Source of the DNA: Ruminococcus sp.
GTDB lineage: Bacteria; Bacillota; Clostridia; Oscillospirales; Ruminococcaceae
Assembly (NCBI GenBank): GCA_015066845.1
Contig: SVNO01000002.1
Span: 18,351-82,350 of the forward strand
Direction of reading: 5' to 3'
DNA length: 64,000 nt
Part shown: positions 29,301 through 38,323 of the stretch, one piece after another
Layout of the letters: every line of letters begins with the position of its first letter
Position numbering within the stretch: position 1 is the first letter of the stretch
The notes under the pieces: generated by a model
The model's input: the letters and a program-made list of their open reading frames with translations, nothing else
The model's database searches: none
What the model was told of the DNA's origin: nothing
Position numbers and translations under genes: made by a program

Positions 29301-29890
29301 TTGAGGAGTACCGCGAGGTTTCCGAGCGTTACAAATTCCTCTCCGCACAGATGGCAGACGTGCGCCGGTCAAAACTGGAGCTGGAAAAGCTCATTGCAGA
29401 GCTGACAGAGGAAATGTGCCGAATTTTTGCGGAAAGTTTTGCTGTCATCAACCAGAATTTCAAGGAGATCTTTGTGGATCTGTTCGGCGGCGGCAAGGCG
29501 GAGCTGACGCTGACAGACCCTGACAATATCCTGACTTCCGGCATTGAAATCAATGTCGCACCGCCCGGAAAGGTCATCAAAAACCTGATTTCCCTCTCCG
29601 GCGGCGAGCAGTCCTTTGTGGCAATTGCCATTTATTTTGCCATTCTCCGCCTGCGCCCTGCGCCGTTCTGTATTCTCGATGAGATCGACGCGGCACTGGA
29701 CGAGGCGAATGTCCGCAAATATGCGCGGTATCTCAAGCAATTTACCGATCACACACAATTTGTGCTTGTTACACACCGCCGCAGCGCGATGGAGGAGGCA
29801 AATGTCCTTTACGGCGTAACAATGCAGGAGGACGGTATTTCCCGTCTGCTCAAGCTCGAACAGCCGGAGGATATTCCGCTTGACGAATGA
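26327..29890 (+). CDS. smc: Chromosome segregation protein SMC
   Basis: Walker A GPNGSGKSNI, long coiled coils, hinge (GTVAQLI...), signature LSGGEQS, Walker B ILDEIDAALD. Confidence 0.96.
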   Translation: MYLKSLELQGFKSFPDKVKLQFDNGLTAVVGPNGSGKSNIGDSVRWVLGEQSTKTLRGNKMEDVIFSGTVAKRPMGFAAVTLVIDNSEGRLEGYGDEVSVTRKLYRSGDSEYRINGKSVRLKDINELFMDTGLGRDGYSIIGQGKIAEIVGAKSNDRREIFEEAAGISKFRYRKLEAERKLDAAEENMQRLGDIVSELEGRVEPLRVQSEKAQKFLVLAQEEKTLEISVWVDQLAVLHEKIKTLGEKLLISRTEYENAERDIADEEEKIQNCYRIMQQCSVDAEEAHRTVKELRERSAQMQAEIAVLRNDIVHNEEAQKLAQSQLAEELQAQRTQAERLAQAEATFAQMQAQCRSTEEALTAAASAFAKMESAWMQEDEKTQQADAELHQLYLQRSELQFAIRAAQDYDEKCRLELEVLCANAEADAQKLAEAERTHAQALEALQTAQDNAAAQETKIVQCRQNAQEQLRCRQEAEEQFRQLGFQMRDKKQRHRFLTDLENNMEGFSGSVKSIMRSVRQGTLQGIFGTVAQLIQVDSRYGIAIETALGASVQHLIVADENAAKSGIRYLRDNRAGRATFLPLTSIRGKHLHEQGLEAQTGFVAVASDLVDCAPEYRQIAESLLGRIVIAENIDDATEIAKHYGYRFRIVTMDGQVINAGGSFTGGSVQKTGGMLTRKTELNALQNSIATLAVQCDEAERTARRCAELAAAAEASLQAESEQLTALQQQLLQAQAEVERCAFPVEQYRTQAQEMEQRRAALAQNVQEAGEKVEQTQAEYDAMLQKIANAESGVTGAKERRTAMQQERSRLSEEFGELKIRLAQAQKDEESAENALSLAKEAVQTAAIRTQQLTAQVEQCANVIAEKNAQASTCEESLQETGTRIVDAEKRARQATQAHDDQSARIRMMQKGLTEFHAAKEKLSAEVTRLTERENNLQSEHDGIVAKLLEVYELTRSEAQQMAQPIEDAVAAKKRLSELKQKIRALGSVNVDAIEEYREVSERYKFLSAQMADVRRSKLELEKLIAELTEEMCRIFAESFAVINQNFKEIFVDLFGGGKAELTLTDPDNILTSGIEINVAPPGKVIKNLISLSGGEQSFVAIAIYFAILRLRPAPFCILDEIDAALDEANVRKYARYLKQFTDHTQFVLVTHRRSAMEEANVLYGVTMQEDGISRLLKLEQPEDIPLDE

Positions 29891-29916
29891 TCCGTTATCA
29901 GATTAAGGAGTGAATT

Positions 29917-30897
29917 ATGGGACTTTTTTCAAAAATCAAAGCCGGTCTGCAAAAGACGCGTGATGCCGTTGTACAGAAGATGCAGCGCGTGGTCAATTCC
30001 TTTACAAAGATTGACGAGGAGCTGTTTGAACAGCTCGAAGAAACCATGATTATGAGCGATATGGGCGTGGAAACTTCCATGGAAATCTGCGCAAGACTGC
30101 GTAAGCTTGTCAAGGAGCGCGGTGTAACGGACCCTGCAAAAATCATGGAGCTGATTGAAGAGATCATCGGCGACATGATGGGCGATGACGTGGCACTGGA
30201 TTTGTCCACAACCCCGTCCGTCATCATGGTCATCGGTGTCAACGGTGCCGGAAAAACCACCACCATCGGCAAGCTCTGCCACCAGTTCAAGCAGGAGGGC
30301 AAGCGCGTGATTGTTGCAGCAGCCGATACATTCCGTGCCGCTGCCATTGACCAGCTGGAAGTCTGGACGCAGCGCGCAGGAGTGGACATTGTCAAACATG
30401 CCGAAGGCTCCGACCCCGCATCCGTGGTATTCGATGCCATCACCGCAGCAAAGGCAAGACAGTGCGATGTGGTGATCGTGGACACCGCCGGCAGACTGCA
30501 TAACAAGAAGAATCTGATGGATGAGCTTGCGAAAATCAACCGCATCCTCGAATCCCGTGCAGAGGGCTGCGCGATCGAGGTGCTGCTCGTTCTTGACGCA
30601 ACCACCGGACAGAATGCCGTCAATCAGGCAAAACTGTTCAGCGAGGTGGCAAATATCACCGGTATCGTCCTGACAAAGCTTGACGGTACAGCAAAGGGCG
30701 GTATCGTGGTTTCCATTAAAAATGAGCTGGGCATTCCCGTCAAGCTCGTAGGCGTAGGCGAGAAAATCGACGATTTGCAGACCTTCGACAATGCCGATTT
30801 TGTCAAGGCATTGTTCGACCATTCCAAGGATGTCAAGCTCCCCTCTGAGGAACAGACAAAGGAGGAGCAGGAAGAAAGCGAGGACGAAAATGCGTAA
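29917..30897 (+). CDS. ftsY: Signal recognition particle receptor FtsY
   Basis: NG domain with [21 protein letters not shown] and [10 protein letters not shown], plus a short acidic C-terminal tail. Confidence 0.95.
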   Translation: MGLFSKIKAGLQKTRDAVVQKMQRVVNSFTKIDEELFEQLEETMIMSDMGVETSMEICARLRKLVKERGVTDPAKIMELIEEIIGDMMGDDVALDLSTTPSVIMVIGVNGAGKTTTIGKLCHQFKQEGKRVIVAAADTFRAAAIDQLEVWTQRAGVDIVKHAEGSDPASVVFDAITAAKARQCDVVIVDTAGRLHNKKNLMDELAKINRILESRAEGCAIEVLLVLDATTGQNAVNQAKLFSEVANITGIVLTKLDGTAKGGIVVSIKNELGIPVKLVGVGEKIDDLQTFDNADFVKALFDHSKDVKLPSEEQTKEEQEESEDENA

Positions 30898-31486
30898 TAT
30901 TGTACTTGCCACGAACAACAGCCATAAACTGCGTGAAGTGCGCGAAATTCTCGAACCTCTGGGCATTACCGTGCTCTCCCAGCAGGAAGCAGGCGTACAG
31001 GTAGAGCCGGAGGAAAATGGCAGCACCTTTGCAGAAAATGCAGAAATCAAGGCACGGGCAGTGTATGCAGAAACGGGACTCCCCGTACTTGCCGATGACA
31101 GCGGTCTTTGCGTGGACGCGCTTGACGGTGCACCGGGCGTATATTCCGCAAGATTTGCACCGGCAGGCGAGCTTTGCAGCAAGCTCCTGTCCATGATGCA
31201 GGATGTTCCGGCAGCGCAGAGAACGGCGAAATTCGTCACGGATATTGCATTCATTGACGAAAACGGACAGCTGCTCATCTGCGAGGGCGAATGCTGCGGC
31301 ACGATTGGCTATGAGGAACGCGGAACGAATGGTTTTGGCTATGATCCTGTGTTTTTCTATGGTGACAGATCCTTTGCAGAACTGTCTGCACAGGAAAAGA
31401 ATCAGGTAAGCCACCGTGCCAATGCCCTGAAGAAATTGTATGACGTACTCAAAGAAAGGTATGGTGAATCACATGCTGACAAGTAA
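30890..31486 (+). CDS. rdgB: Non-canonical purine NTP pyrophosphatase RdgB/HAM1
   Basis: [13 protein letters not shown]...[21 protein letters not shown]...GFGYDPVF...SHR. The ATG overlaps the ftsY stop. Confidence 0.9.
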   Translation: MRNIVLATNNSHKLREVREILEPLGITVLSQQEAGVQVEPEENGSTFAENAEIKARAVYAETGLPVLADDSGLCVDALDGAPGVYSARFAPAGELCSKLLSMMQDVPAAQRTAKFVTDIAFIDENGQLLICEGECCGTIGYEERGTNGFGYDPVFFYGDRSFAELSAQEKNQVSHRANALKKLYDVLKERYGESHADK

Positions 31487-31775
31487 ACAAAGAGCGTATC
31501 TGCGCGGAATTGCAGCGAATTATGAAACAATTTTCCAGATCGGAAAGGGCGGCATCAATGAGAATCTCATCCAGCAGGTGCTCGATGCCCTGCGCAAGCG
31601 TGAGCTGATTAAGCTGCGTGTGCTGGATAATTCCATGCTCTCGGCAAGAGAAGCCGCCGAGGACATTGCCGCACAGACCAAGGCAGAAGTCGTGCAGGTT
31701 ATTGGCAGCCGTTTTGTACTGTTCAAGCGCAATCCGCAGGAACCCGTCATCGAACTGCCCAAGAACAAGAAGTAA
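31473..31775 (+). CDS. yhbY: CRM-domain RNA-binding ribosome assembly protein YhbY
   Basis: [13 protein letters not shown]...FQIGKGGINENLIQQVLDAL..RELIK. Confidence 0.85.
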   Translation: MLTSKQRAYLRGIAANYETIFQIGKGGINENLIQQVLDALRKRELIKLRVLDNSMLSAREAAEDIAAQTKAEVVQVIGSRFVLFKRNPQEPVIELPKNKK

Positions 31776-32392
31776 TGCGCATCGGCTTATTCGGCGGCAG
31801 CTTCAATCCCCCCCATAACGGGCATCTCCACCTTGCAAGGAGCGTCCATGACGCGCTTGCACTCGATGAAGTCCGCCTGATTCCGGCAAAGCAGCCGCCT
31901 CATAAATCCGCCGCTGCCTATGCTCCGGCACAGGACAGGCTGGCAATGTGCCGCCTTGCCGCAGCTGCTGAACCGTGGCTGTTTGCCGATGATTTCGAGC
32001 TTTTGCAGGATGGTGTGAGCTATTCGTACTACACCGTAACCCATTTCGCAAAGCAGTTTCCGGACGCATCCCTTTTTCTTCTCATTGGCGGCGACATGCT
32101 CCGCACCTTTACCCAGTGGTACCGCTGGCAGGAGATTTTGCAGCATACCGCCCTTGCCGCGATTGCAAGAGAACCGGAGGAGTACAGGGAACTGGAGAAA
32201 TGTGCGGAGAATCTGCGTCAATATGGCAAAATTCACCTGTTGAATGTTGAAGCTTTTCCCATATCTTCCACAAAAATTCGCGAAGATGTCCAAAAAAGAC
32301 GGAATAATTCTTGCTATTTGCCGGAAAACATAGTACAATATATAAATGAGAGAAATTTGTATGCAGGAAGTGATGCGCAATGGAGCAAGTAA
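31775..32392 (+). CDS. nadD: Nicotinate-nucleotide adenylyltransferase
   Basis: GGSFNPPHNGH nucleotidyltransferase motif and ISSTKIR near the C-terminus. Confidence 0.92.
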   Translation: MRIGLFGGSFNPPHNGHLHLARSVHDALALDEVRLIPAKQPPHKSAAAYAPAQDRLAMCRLAAAAEPWLFADDFELLQDGVSYSYYTVTHFAKQFPDASLFLLIGGDMLRTFTQWYRWQEILQHTALAAIAREPEEYRELEKCAENLRQYGKIHLLNVEAFPISSTKIREDVQKRRNNSCYLPENIVQYINERNLYAGSDAQWSK

Positions 32393-32964
32393 AGGAAATG
32401 ACAGCCGTTCTTGCACAGCGGCTTTCACAGAAGCGGTTCCGGCATTCCTGTAATGTCGCGCAGGCCGCCAGAGAGCTTGCCAAGCGATATGGCGCGGATG
32501 CAGACAAGGCGTATTTTGCAGGTCTTGTCCATGACATCTGCAAGGAATTGCCCTTTGAGGAGCAGGAACAGCTTGTGCTTGCCAGCGACATGCAGCCTGA
32601 TTTGGCAGAGCTGCATTCCAAAAAAGTCTGGCATGGTATTGCCGGTGCACAGCTTTTGCGTACGGAATTCGGCATTACGGATATGGATATTCTCAATGCT
32701 GTGCGCTTTCACACGGTCGGCAGGGCGCAGATGAGCCTGCTTGAGGAGATTATCTACATCGCGGACATGATTTCCGAGGAACGCGATTACAAGGGTGTCG
32801 GCAGAATGCGCCGGCTTGCCTATGAAAATCTACAGGAGGCAATGCTGGAGGCATTACAGGATTCCGCCGCAGCCGTCCTGAAAAAGGGTGTAATGCTGCC
32901 GGAATACAGCATTGCTGCCTATAATTATTATTTGTTGCTTCTGAGAAAGGACGAGTTGAAATGA
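32380..32964 (+). CDS. yqeK: HD-domain bis(5'-nucleosyl)-tetraphosphatase YqeK
   Basis: HS..VA...GLVHDICK HD motif, in the conserved position after nadD. Confidence 0.85.
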   Translation: MEQVKEMTAVLAQRLSQKRFRHSCNVAQAARELAKRYGADADKAYFAGLVHDICKELPFEEQEQLVLASDMQPDLAELHSKKVWHGIAGAQLLRTEFGITDMDILNAVRFHTVGRAQMSLLEEIIYIADMISEERDYKGVGRMRRLAYENLQEAMLEALQDSAAAVLKKGVMLPEYSIAAYNYYLLLLRKDELK

Positions 32965-34136
32965 GCAAGAAGAAAAAGTCTTCGGCTTCTTCCATTGCAC
33001 TGAATATCTGCATCAAGCTTGCGGCAATTGTTTCAACGATTGCACTGATGCTGACCATGGTGCTCAATGTCCCGATTATCGCTTATCATGAATTCGATGG
33101 AAAAACCACCAAGGTGGAAAATCTTTCCATCGTCAACTACCTCAAACAGCGCAAGCCCATGATTCATGTGGAGGGTACCATCTCCCGAACTGAGTCAAAG
33201 GATGTGGAGCTGCGCAGTGATGTGGAGCTGATTGAGAATGACGGACTTGACCTGAACCAGACCATCGAGGGACAGTACACCATCCTGTTCCTTGGTTTCG
33301 ATACCATTACCAACGGCAGCGGTAATCTGCATGATGTGAATTATCTGGTGCAGTTCAATCTGCTGACAGCCAGCATGAACATCCTCCAGATTCCGCGTGA
33401 CACTTATATGCCGGACTATACTAACGCATCCTCTGGGAAATTCAACAGCATTTATTCGTTCGGTGATTCGAGCGTCAGCAATATCCAGCGCGTTGTGGAT
33501 ACCGTGCAGCAGTGCTTCGGCATTCCCGTGGATGCCTATGTCACCACCTCCTGCGACAATATCGTGGAGATCGTGGACATCATCGGCGGCATTCCGATCA
33601 ACATGCCCTATACCGTGTACTATGAACCGGGCAAGATTATTTACGAGGGCGAGCAGGTGCTCAACGGCACACAATCGGAATGGTTCGTGCGCTACCGCAG
33701 CGGCTACAACGAGGGCGACATCGGCAGAGTCAAGGCACAGCGTATCTTCCTTGCGGCAGCAATGAAGAAAATGCTGGATATGGGCAGTTTCAAGATGATG
33801 AGCTGTGTCAATGAAGTCTACGAAAAGGAGCTTCTGGCAACCGACCTGAGCCTTGCGCAGATCAGCATGATTGCCGACCTTGCATCCACCATCAGCATGG
33901 AGAATGTCAATGTCTACATGCTTCCCGGCGAAGGCGCGGACGCGTATGGACAGTCCATCTGGTCAGTTCACAAGCGCGCTGCACTGGAAATCGTCAACGA
34001 ACATTTCCGCACCCAGCAGGTACGTCTGCGTGACGACCAGAGCGCATTGATTGAATGGGTGCCGGAGGGCAGCTACCGCAATACTCTCAATGATGATACA
34101 GAACAGAGCTTTGAAGAGCTTTACAACAAAGATTAA
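32961..34136 (+). CDS. LCP (LytR-CpsA-Psr) family glycopolymer transferase
   Basis: N-terminal TM anchor followed by ILFLGFD...NILQIPRDTY...KFNSIY...RSGYNEGDIGRVKAQR. Confidence 0.85.
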   Translation: MSKKKKSSASSIALNICIKLAAIVSTIALMLTMVLNVPIIAYHEFDGKTTKVENLSIVNYLKQRKPMIHVEGTISRTESKDVELRSDVELIENDGLDLNQTIEGQYTILFLGFDTITNGSGNLHDVNYLVQFNLLTASMNILQIPRDTYMPDYTNASSGKFNSIYSFGDSSVSNIQRVVDTVQQCFGIPVDAYVTTSCDNIVEIVDIIGGIPINMPYTVYYEPGKIIYEGEQVLNGTQSEWFVRYRSGYNEGDIGRVKAQRIFLAAAMKKMLDMGSFKMMSCVNEVYEKELLATDLSLAQISMIADLASTISMENVNVYMLPGEGADAYGQSIWSVHKRAALEIVNEHFRTQQVRLRDDQSALIEWVPEGSYRNTLNDDTEQSFEELYNKD

Positions 34137-34148
34137 GGAGTGAAATGC

Positions 34149-34514
34149 ATGACAGCAGAAGAAAAAATCAGAGAAATCGTACAGGCACTCGATGCCAAGC
34201 GCGCAGAGGACATTCGTGTCCTGAAGATTACTGACAAGTCTTCGTTGGGTGATTACTTTGTAATTGCAAGCGGAAACAGCAGCACACACACGCGTACACT
34301 TGCGGATGAGGTGGATTTCCGCCTTGGACAGCAGGGCATTGAGCCGGCACACAAAGAGGGCATGAATGGCTCTAACTGGTACATTCTGGACTATTCCGAT
34401 GTCATTGTGCATGTGTTCTATCAGGAAATGCGCAGCTTCTACCGCCTCGAACAGCTCTGGGGCGATGCAGAGGATGTGGATATTTCACAGTTTATTGAAA
34501 AAACAGAAGCGTAA
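34149..34514 (+). CDS. rsfS: Ribosome silencing factor RsfS
   Basis: The match is LKITDKSSLGDYFVIASGNSSTHTRTLADEV....W.ILDYSDVIVHVF. The ATG at 34149 lies 8 nt after AAGGAG. Confidence 0.9.
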   Translation: MTAEEKIREIVQALDAKRAEDIRVLKITDKSSLGDYFVIASGNSSTHTRTLADEVDFRLGQQGIEPAHKEGMNGSNWYILDYSDVIVHVFYQEMRSFYRLEQLWGDAEDVDISQFIEKTEA

Positions 34515-34540
34515 GCTTACGATAGAAAGAAGGTATTATC

Positions 34541-36949
34541 ATGGCAAAATATGATTATGAACGCATTGAAAAGAAGTGGCAGGCATATTGGGATGAGCAC
34601 AACACATTCCGTGCAGGTACGGACTATTCCAAGCCGAAATTCTACGCGCTTGTAGAATTCCCCTATCCGTCCGGACAGGGCTTGCACATCGGTCATCCCA
34701 GACCGTATACTGCAATGGACATCGTGTCCAGAAAACGCCGTCTGGAGGGCTATAATGTCCTGTTCCCGATGGGTTGGGACGCATTCGGTCTGCCCACGGA
34801 GAACTTTGCTATCAAGAACAAGATTCATCCGGCAATTGTTACTGAAAAGAACGTGGCACGTTTCAAAGGTCAGCTCAAGGCACTCGGTCTTTCCTTTGAC
34901 TGGGAGCGCGAGGTGAACACCACTGACCCCGACTATTTCAAGTGGACACAGTGGATTTTCCTCCAGCTGTTCAAAAAAGGACTTGCCTATAAGAAGGAAA
35001 TGGCAGTTAACTGGTGTACTTCCTGTAAGGTCGTACTGGCAAATGAGGAAGTAGTCGGCGGCTGCTGCGAACGCTGCGGCGGCGAGGTGATCCGTAAGGT
35101 CAAGAGCCAGTGGATGCTCAAGATCACGGAGTATGCGCAGCGTCTGATCGACGACCTCGATCAGGTGAACTATCTCGACCGTATCCGTACCACCCAGATC
35201 AACTGGATCGGCAGATCCGAGGGTGCAGAGGTGAACTTCACCACAACGACCGGCGATGTACTGACTGTTTATACCACACGTCCTGACACCCTGTTCGGCG
35301 CAACCTACATGGTCATTGCACCGGAGCATCCGATGCTCAAGAAGTGGGCTGACGTACTGGAAAATAACGATGAAATCGCAGAATATCAGGAAAAATCTGC
35401 GAAGAAGTCCGACTTCGACAGAACTGAAATGAACAAGGAAAAGACCGGTGTACAGCTTAAGGGCGTTCGTGCAGTAAATCCTGTCAACGGCAAGGAAATT
35501 CCGATTTTCATTTCTGACTATGTACTGATGAGCTATGGTACCGGCGCAATCATGGCTGTACCGGCACATGATGACCGTGACTGGGAATTTGCAAAGGTAT
35601 TCGGCATTGATATGGTTGAGGTCGTTGCCGGCGGCAATATCGAAGAAGCAGCCTTCACAGACTGTGCAACCGGTGTGATGGTCAATTCTGGCTTCCTCAC
35701 TGGACTGAGTGTGGAGGAGGCAAAGGTAAAAATCAAGGAATGGCTGGAAGAACAGGGCATTGGCGAGCGCAAGGTAAACTTCAAGCTCCGTGACTGGGTA
35801 TTCAGCCGTCAGAGATACTGGGGTGAGCCGATTCCGCTGGTTCAGTGTGAGAAGTGCGGCTGGGTGGCAATTCCCGAAGAAGAACTGCCCCTGCGTCTGC
35901 CCGAAGTAGAGAGCTACATGCCCACCGATAACGGCGAATCTCCGCTGTCCACACTCGAAAGCTTCATCAACACCACATGCCCGTGCTGCGGCGGTGCTGC
36001 AAAGCGCGAAACCGATACCATGCCTCAGTGGGCAGGTTCCAGCTGGTACTTCCTGCGCTACTGCGACCCGCATAATCCGGATGCACTCGCTTCCAAGGAA
36101 GCCATTGAATACTGGATGCCCGTTGACTGGTACAACGGCGGTATGGAGCATACCACACTGCACCTGCTCTATTCCAGATTCTGGAACAAGTTCCTCTATG
36201 ATATTGGTTCTGTCGCACATACAGAACCGTACATGAAGCGTACCGCACATGGTATGATTCTGGGAGAGGATGGACAGAAAATGTCCAAGTCCCGCGGAAA
36301 TGTTATCAATCCTGACGACATCATCCGTCAGTACGGCGCAGATACTCTGCGTATGTATGAAATGTTCATCGGCGACTTTGAAAAGTCTGCACCGTGGAGC
36401 CCCTCCAGCATCAAGGGCTGCAAGCGTTTCCTTGACAGAATCTGGGCAATGCAGGATTTCCTGACCGATGGTGATGCATACCGTCCGGAGCTGACCTCCG
36501 CATTCCACAAGACCATCAAGAAGGTTTCCGAGGATATCGAAGGTCTGAAGTTCAACACCGCAATTGCTGCAATGATGGCTCTGGTCAACGACATCTATGT
36601 GACCGGCAGTGTTAACCGCGCAGAATACCGCACGATCCTCATGCTGCTCAATCCCTTTGCGCCGCATCTGACCGAGGAACTGTACGAAGTCTGCGGTTAT
36701 GAGGGTGTCCTCAATGCACAGCCGTGGCCGAAGTATGACGAGGCTCTGTGCATGGATGAAACAGTGGAAATCGTTGTACAGGTCAATGGCAAAATCCGCA
36801 CCAAGATGAATGTTGCAGTTACCGCTGAAAAGGATGATGTTCTTGCACAGGCAGCCGCAGAACCCAAGGTTGCTGAGGTAATGGCAGGAAAACAGGTGCT
36901 CAAGCAGATTTATGTACAAAATAAGCTTGTGAATTTTGTTGTAAAATAA
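34541..36949 (+). CDS. leuS: Leucine--tRNA ligase
   Basis: HIGH motif (GLHIGH), KMSKS, CP1 editing domain. Confidence 0.97.
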   Translation: MAKYDYERIEKKWQAYWDEHNTFRAGTDYSKPKFYALVEFPYPSGQGLHIGHPRPYTAMDIVSRKRRLEGYNVLFPMGWDAFGLPTENFAIKNKIHPAIVTEKNVARFKGQLKALGLSFDWEREVNTTDPDYFKWTQWIFLQLFKKGLAYKKEMAVNWCTSCKVVLANEEVVGGCCERCGGEVIRKVKSQWMLKITEYAQRLIDDLDQVNYLDRIRTTQINWIGRSEGAEVNFTTTTGDVLTVYTTRPDTLFGATYMVIAPEHPMLKKWADVLENNDEIAEYQEKSAKKSDFDRTEMNKEKTGVQLKGVRAVNPVNGKEIPIFISDYVLMSYGTGAIMAVPAHDDRDWEFAKVFGIDMVEVVAGGNIEEAAFTDCATGVMVNSGFLTGLSVEEAKVKIKEWLEEQGIGERKVNFKLRDWVFSRQRYWGEPIPLVQCEKCGWVAIPEEELPLRLPEVESYMPTDNGESPLSTLESFINTTCPCCGGAAKRETDTMPQWAGSSWYFLRYCDPHNPDALASKEAIEYWMPVDWYNGGMEHTTLHLLYSRFWNKFLYDIGSVAHTEPYMKRTAHGMILGEDGQKMSKSRGNVINPDDIIRQYGADTLRMYEMFIGDFEKSAPWSPSSIKGCKRFLDRIWAMQDFLTDGDAYRPELTSAFHKTIKKVSEDIEGLKFNTAIAAMMALVNDIYVTGSVNRAEYRTILMLLNPFAPHLTEELYEVCGYEGVLNAQPWPKYDEALCMDETVEIVVQVNGKIRTKMNVAVTAEKDDVLAQAAAEPKVAEVMAGKQVLKQIYVQNKLVNFVVK

Positions 36950-36977
36950 CAAAAATGCGATATTCAGTAAAAACCTA

Positions 36978-37006
36978 TTGACAAAAGCACGGGCATATGC
37001 TATAAT
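36978..37006 (+). promoter_or_regulatory. Sigma-A promoter of rpsU (perfect TTGACA-17-TATAAT)
   Basis: TTGACA 36978-36983 and TATAAT 37001-37006. Confidence 0.8.
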
Positions 37007-37147
37007 GAGTATATGCCTGTGTAGCATATTTACATTAAAGATGTGGTTGACGAACTACCTTCTCGCAAGGGAAGTTTAGTATACTATCCAATACAGGGAA
37101 CTGTCGGATAGAACCTCTGTCTTGGTGGCAAAGGGAGGGAATAGTAA

Positions 37148-37321
37148 ATGGCAGAAGTACGCGTTGGCAAGAATGAGTCTCTCGATACAGCTCTGAAGCG
37201 TTTCAAGAGATCCTGCGCCAAGGACGGTGTGATTGCTGAGGTTCGTAAGAGAGAACACTACGAAAAGCCTTCAGTAAAGCGCAAGAAGAAGTCCGAAGCG
37301 GCTCGTAAGAGAAAGTATTAA
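37148..37321 (+). CDS. rpsU: 30S ribosomal protein S21 (57 aa; below the ORF-track length cutoff)
   Basis: My own translation is [67 protein letters not shown], followed by a terminator. Confidence 0.9.
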   Translation: MAEVRVGKNESLDTALKRFKRSCAKDGVIAEVRKREHYEKPSVKRKKKSEAARKRKY

Positions 37322-37334
37322 TCTTAAAAAATCA

Positions 37335-37366
37335 AGGGCGCACCGGACGGTGTGCCTTTGTTTTTT
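37335..37366 (+). terminator. Intrinsic terminator after rpsU
   Basis: 10-bp stem (AGGGCGCACC / GGTGTGCCTT, with G-U pairs) followed by TTTGTTTTTT. Confidence 0.75.
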
Positions 37367-37383
37367 CGCAATCTGGAGGAACT

Positions 37384-37875
37384 ATGATGTTTCGTGCAAC
37401 AACGGCAGTACGCAGCGTCTGCCAGATTACGCCCGACATGCTGCGCTCGATGGGCGTGGAAGGGCTGCTGCTGGATATTGACAATACACTGACAACCCAC
37501 GACAACCCCGAACCTGCCGCCGGAGTGGAGGCATGGATTGCCGCAATGAAAGCAGCCGGCATCCGGATGCGGCTGGTATCGAACAATCATCCGCCGCGTG
37601 TAGAGCCATTTGCCGCGCGGCTTGGCATCCCGTGCATCTGTGACAGCCGCAAGCCACTTTCCGATGGCTTCCGGCGCGCAATGGAGAGCATGGAGCTGCC
37701 CAAGGAACGGCTCTGCGTCATCGGCGACCAGATATTCACGGACATCCTCGGTGCGAACTGGTTCGGTGTGAAAAGCATCTATGTGCCGCCGATGGAGCTG
37801 GAAACAACGGCGTTTTTCAAGTGCAAGCGGTTTCTGGAGAAACCCTTTATTCCGAAACAAATCAAGGAAAGATGA
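37384..37875 (+). CDS. yqeG: YqeG-family HAD-IIIA phosphatase
   Basis: LLLDIDNTLTTH (DxDxT), VSNN, KP, GDQIFTDILGAN. Confidence 0.85.
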   Translation: MMFRATTAVRSVCQITPDMLRSMGVEGLLLDIDNTLTTHDNPEPAAGVEAWIAAMKAAGIRMRLVSNNHPPRVEPFAARLGIPCICDSRKPLSDGFRRAMESMELPKERLCVIGDQIFTDILGANWFGVKSIYVPPMELETTAFFKCKRFLEKPFIPKQIKER

Positions 37876-37885
37876 GGCGGCTTCT

Positions 37886-38323
37886 ATGGCAAGAAAAATT
37901 CTGGTCATCCATGGACCAAACCTGAACCTGCTCGGTGAGCGTGAGCCGGGTATTTACGGTGATGTCAGCTTTGACAAGCTCAACGAACGCATTATGGAAC
38001 ACGCGCAGAAGCTCGGTCTGGAATGCGAGATTTTCCAGTCAAACCACGAGGGCGCAATTGTGGATAAGCTCCACGAGGCGCGTAAGGAATTCTTCGGCGT
38101 TGTCCTCAATGCAGGCGCGTACACGCACTATAGTTACGCCATTTCCGACGCAATTAAGGCAATTAAGATTCCCTGCGTTGAGGTGCATATCAGCAATGTA
38201 TTTGCTCGTGACGCATTCCGTTCGCATTCCGTCATTGCTCCCGTATGCAGGGGCAGCATTTCGGGCTTCGGCTTGCAGAGCTATTATCTGGGCATGACAG
38301 CCCTTGCGGAGATGGATGCATGA
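37886..38323 (+). CDS. aroQ: Type II 3-dehydroquinate dehydratase
   Basis: ILVIHGPNLNLLGEREPGIYG...NAGAYTHYS...VEVHISN. Confidence 0.95.
   Translation: MARKILVIHGPNLNLLGEREPGIYGDVSFDKLNERIMEHAQKLGLECEIFQSNHEGAIVDKLHEARKEFFGVVLNAGAYTHYSYAISDAIKAIKIPCVEVHISNVFARDAFRSHSVIAPVCRGSISGFGLQSYYLGMTALAEMDA

Noticed and set aside
34517-37027. An 836-aa ORF antisense to leuS, and similar long antisense ORFs: 2237-4408, 6435-7871, 8762-10189, 29929-31302, 57663-58940, 50149-51315, 52869-53972, 24715-25743 and 60730-61746.
   Set aside because: For the leuS shadow I checked the register and it is codon-aligned (34541 minus 34517 is 24). In that register, antisense stops correspond to sense TTA, CTA and TCA codons. 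I assume the other listed antisense ORFs are in the same register, but I did not check them. The sense genes have unmistakable family motifs and avoid those three codons. The antisense translations are Cys/His/Arg-rich junk with no RBS. They are shadows of codon bias, not genes.
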